A model generated the notes under the pieces. That model was not told where the DNA came from, did not search any database, and saw only the letters and a program-made list of their open reading frames with translations. Below, one piece after another: positions 25,583 to 27,287 of a stretch of 27,287 bases of DNA. The DNA is from Armatimonadota bacterium (GTDB lineage Bacteria > Armatimonadota > Armatimonadia > Armatimonadales > Armatimonadaceae). The stretch spans positions 1 to 27,287 of the forward strand of contig JAYUUO010000232.1 in NCBI GenBank assembly GCA_043754515.1. The letters run 5' to 3'. Made by a program: the position numbers and the translations under genes. How positions within the stretch are numbered: position 1 is the first letter of the stretch; each line of letters opens with the position of its first letter.

Positions 25583-26698
25583 ATGTCGCCGCTTAAGCAT
25601 AGTTCAGGTTTCGGTTCTGACCCCGCGCCGGTGTGCGCGGATGTACGCCTCGTGATGAACGCGGTTCGCGACGGGCGCGCAACGCCGTCGGAGCGCGCGT
25701 TCGCCGACGCGCACCGGGGGAACTGCGCCGGTTGCGCCTCCGAATGGGTATTCCTACAGGCGACGAAGACCGCCTGGTCGAAGGTGCCACTTGTCGCGCC
25801 GCCCAATACGCTCTCGGCACGGATCGCCGCCGCGACGTACCGCAAGCCGACCCCCGTCCAGCGGCTAGTCGCGTTTTTCGCTTTCCTCGATTCGGTCCCC
25901 ACGCGAGTCGCTTTGGGCGTGGCCGCGGTCGCCGCCATCTCTTTCTTCGCCGTGCCGCGCGTTGGGGTCCCGGTAGTCCGCGTTCCCGAGTCCCGCGAGG
26001 CGACGGCGGTCGTCGCGTGGGAAACGCCCCGCCCCGTTCCGCAATCCGCCCATGTCCCGACGGCACCGCTCCACGCCGCTCCGGCACGCCGTATCGCGTC
26101 GGTGACCAGTCGGGTGCCACCTACATCGAAGGGACCCGCACGCAAGATGCCCGCCGTCGTGAAGCCGGTCGTCCCGGAAGTCGCCGCTCTAGCCCTAGTG
26201 CCGCCGACCGACATCACGCCAAAGCATGCTGGACGCGTCGAGATGGCAAAAAAGCCAACAGGGGTCGTTGCTAAGTCCGCGCCGAAGATGGTTGCTACTG
26301 TCGCCGTTAAGCCAGCCCGGTTGAAACCGAGCCGGGTAGCCATGGTGGGGAAGCCGGACCGCGCGAGGCCAGAGCGACCGGTTGAGTCTGCCGATCCACC
26401 CGCCGACTTGCCCGCGACGAACTCGGCCCCGGAGATCGCGGCGGTCTCCACCCCGATGCCTGTCCCGCGCGTCGAGAAGCCGCGGGATATCGAGCCTGTG
26501 GCGAGGGTCGTTACTAGGGATAGTGATGACACGCCGCCCGCCGACACAGCCACCGGGGCGAGCGAGAGATACATGTCTCTGGCGCATCTGACCAAAAACA
26601 GCGGGCGTAAGAGCCTGGGTGAACTGAGGGGGAGGGCGGTGGCCGTCGCCGACGCGCAACCCTCAAACGCGATAGTTTCGATGCCCTCCCGACTGTAG
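25583..26698 (+). CDS. Putative zinc-binding anti-sigma factor (zf-HC2/ZAS) with TM and Pro/Ala-rich C-terminus
   Basis: C....DG.....E.....AH...C..C (HRGNCAGC), PP..LSARI, TM (VALGVAAVAAISFFAV) and low-complexity tail. Confidence 0.7.
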   Translation: MSPLKHSSGFGSDPAPVCADVRLVMNAVRDGRATPSERAFADAHRGNCAGCASEWVFLQATKTAWSKVPLVAPPNTLSARIAAATYRKPTPVQRLVAFFAFLDSVPTRVALGVAAVAAISFFAVPRVGVPVVRVPESREATAVVAWETPRPVPQSAHVPTAPLHAAPARRIASVTSRVPPTSKGPARKMPAVVKPVVPEVAALALVPPTDITPKHAGRVEMAKKPTGVVAKSAPKMVATVAVKPARLKPSRVAMVGKPDRARPERPVESADPPADLPATNSAPEIAAVSTPMPVPRVEKPRDIEPVARVVTRDSDDTPPADTATGASERYMSLAHLTKNSGRKSLGELRGRAVAVADAQPSNAIVSMPSRL

Positions 26699-26721
26699 AA
26701 CGGTAGGTGAGGGTCGGTTTG

Positions 26722-26730
26722 TGGTATACT
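26722..26730 (+). promoter_or_regulatory. Extended -10 promoter
   Basis: TGgTATACT just after the anti-sigma stop codon. Confidence 0.6.
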
Positions 26731-26865
26731 ACTTGTAGAGATGAGACGCAAGACCGGTACCGGCTTGTGGCGGCGATGCGGCTTCGTGGGGAGCATCCCA
26801 GGACCGTTTCTCACTCACCATACAGGGGCGGATTTATCCGCTCATTTAGGCTTTGGAGGGTATCC

Positions 26866-27231
26866 ATGAGTCGGACGGCGATACGATGCAACTGCGGACA
26901 ACGGGTCGTACAAAAAGACGTGATGCAGACCGGCTATTATCCCCGCATGGCAGGTCCAAGTTTTGTGTATGTCCGCTACCGCTGTTCGCGTTGCAAAAAA
27001 CTAGGCGAGCAGTTCGTTAAACAGGATGAGTGGGAAGGCGGCATTCTGCGTGAGACGACAACCGAGGCGAATGCCGACGAAAAACAGCGGTTCGCGCAAC
27101 TCGGGCCGATCCGGGTCAGCGAGATGGCTGACTTCCACGAGGAGTTGGAGCGCACTTACGACCTCGGCGCACTAAACGAGGAGTTCGCTAAGGGGCAGAA
27201 CGAGAGCGGCGACAAGCGAAAGCCTGAGTAA
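26866..27231 (+). CDS. Small putative Zn-binding protein (CxC...CxxC), hypothetical
   Basis: GGAGG SD before ATG 26866; 121 aa with CNCG and CSRC and an acidic C-terminus. Confidence 0.8.
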   Translation: MSRTAIRCNCGQRVVQKDVMQTGYYPRMAGPSFVYVRYRCSRCKKLGEQFVKQDEWEGGILRETTTEANADEKQRFAQLGPIRVSEMADFHEELERTYDLGALNEEFAKGQNESGDKRKPE

Positions 27232-27287
27232 CGAAGCCGATGAAGTGAGTGGGGCGGCGAGTCAATTGCGAGCAATTTGTGTTAACT

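Noticed and set aside
26743..26780. c-di-GMP-I riboswitch, suggested by GACGCAA
   Set aside because: Lacks the upstream GGCAAAC/GNRA P2 element and the P3 receptor.
25486..26814. 442-aa antisense ORF and other long shadow ORFs (e.g. 5464-6213, 7124-7945, 16833-17753, 21821-22639, 23471-24319)
   Set aside because: They lie opposite well-supported genes, show no motifs, and are expected in GC-rich DNA.

Overview
GC-rich bacterial chromosomal window with about 27 protein-coding genes and no recognisable rRNA, tRNA, CRISPR array, transposase or integrase. Two prepilin-type DUF1559/H-X9-DG genes ([16 protein letters not shown] N-terminus) and a VPEAG-variant PEP-CTERM protein suggest Armatimonadota or a similar PVC-like lineage; this is inference only. 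Housekeeping genes are murJ, moaA, a glcD-like FAD oxidase, ald, surE, cimA, a DAGK-family kinase and an MtaD-like amidohydrolase. Points of most interest: (1) a PUL-like cluster with no transporter, made of LacI, a membrane-anchored CBM, a DUF1559 prepilin-like protein, a small lipoprotein and GH30 (8.7-13.2 kb); (2) seven genes whose start codon lies 5-9 nt after a TANNNT -10 box without a usable Shine-Dalgarno, suggesting leaderless expression; (3) a pair of unannotated single-pass helical membrane proteins; (4) a probable frameshifted gene missed by the ORF track; (5) several REP-like palindromes; (6) a structured ~130-nt leader ahead of a Zn-finger gene; (7) an orphan anti-sigma factor. 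All assignments come from motif recognition by eye; no database searches were run.
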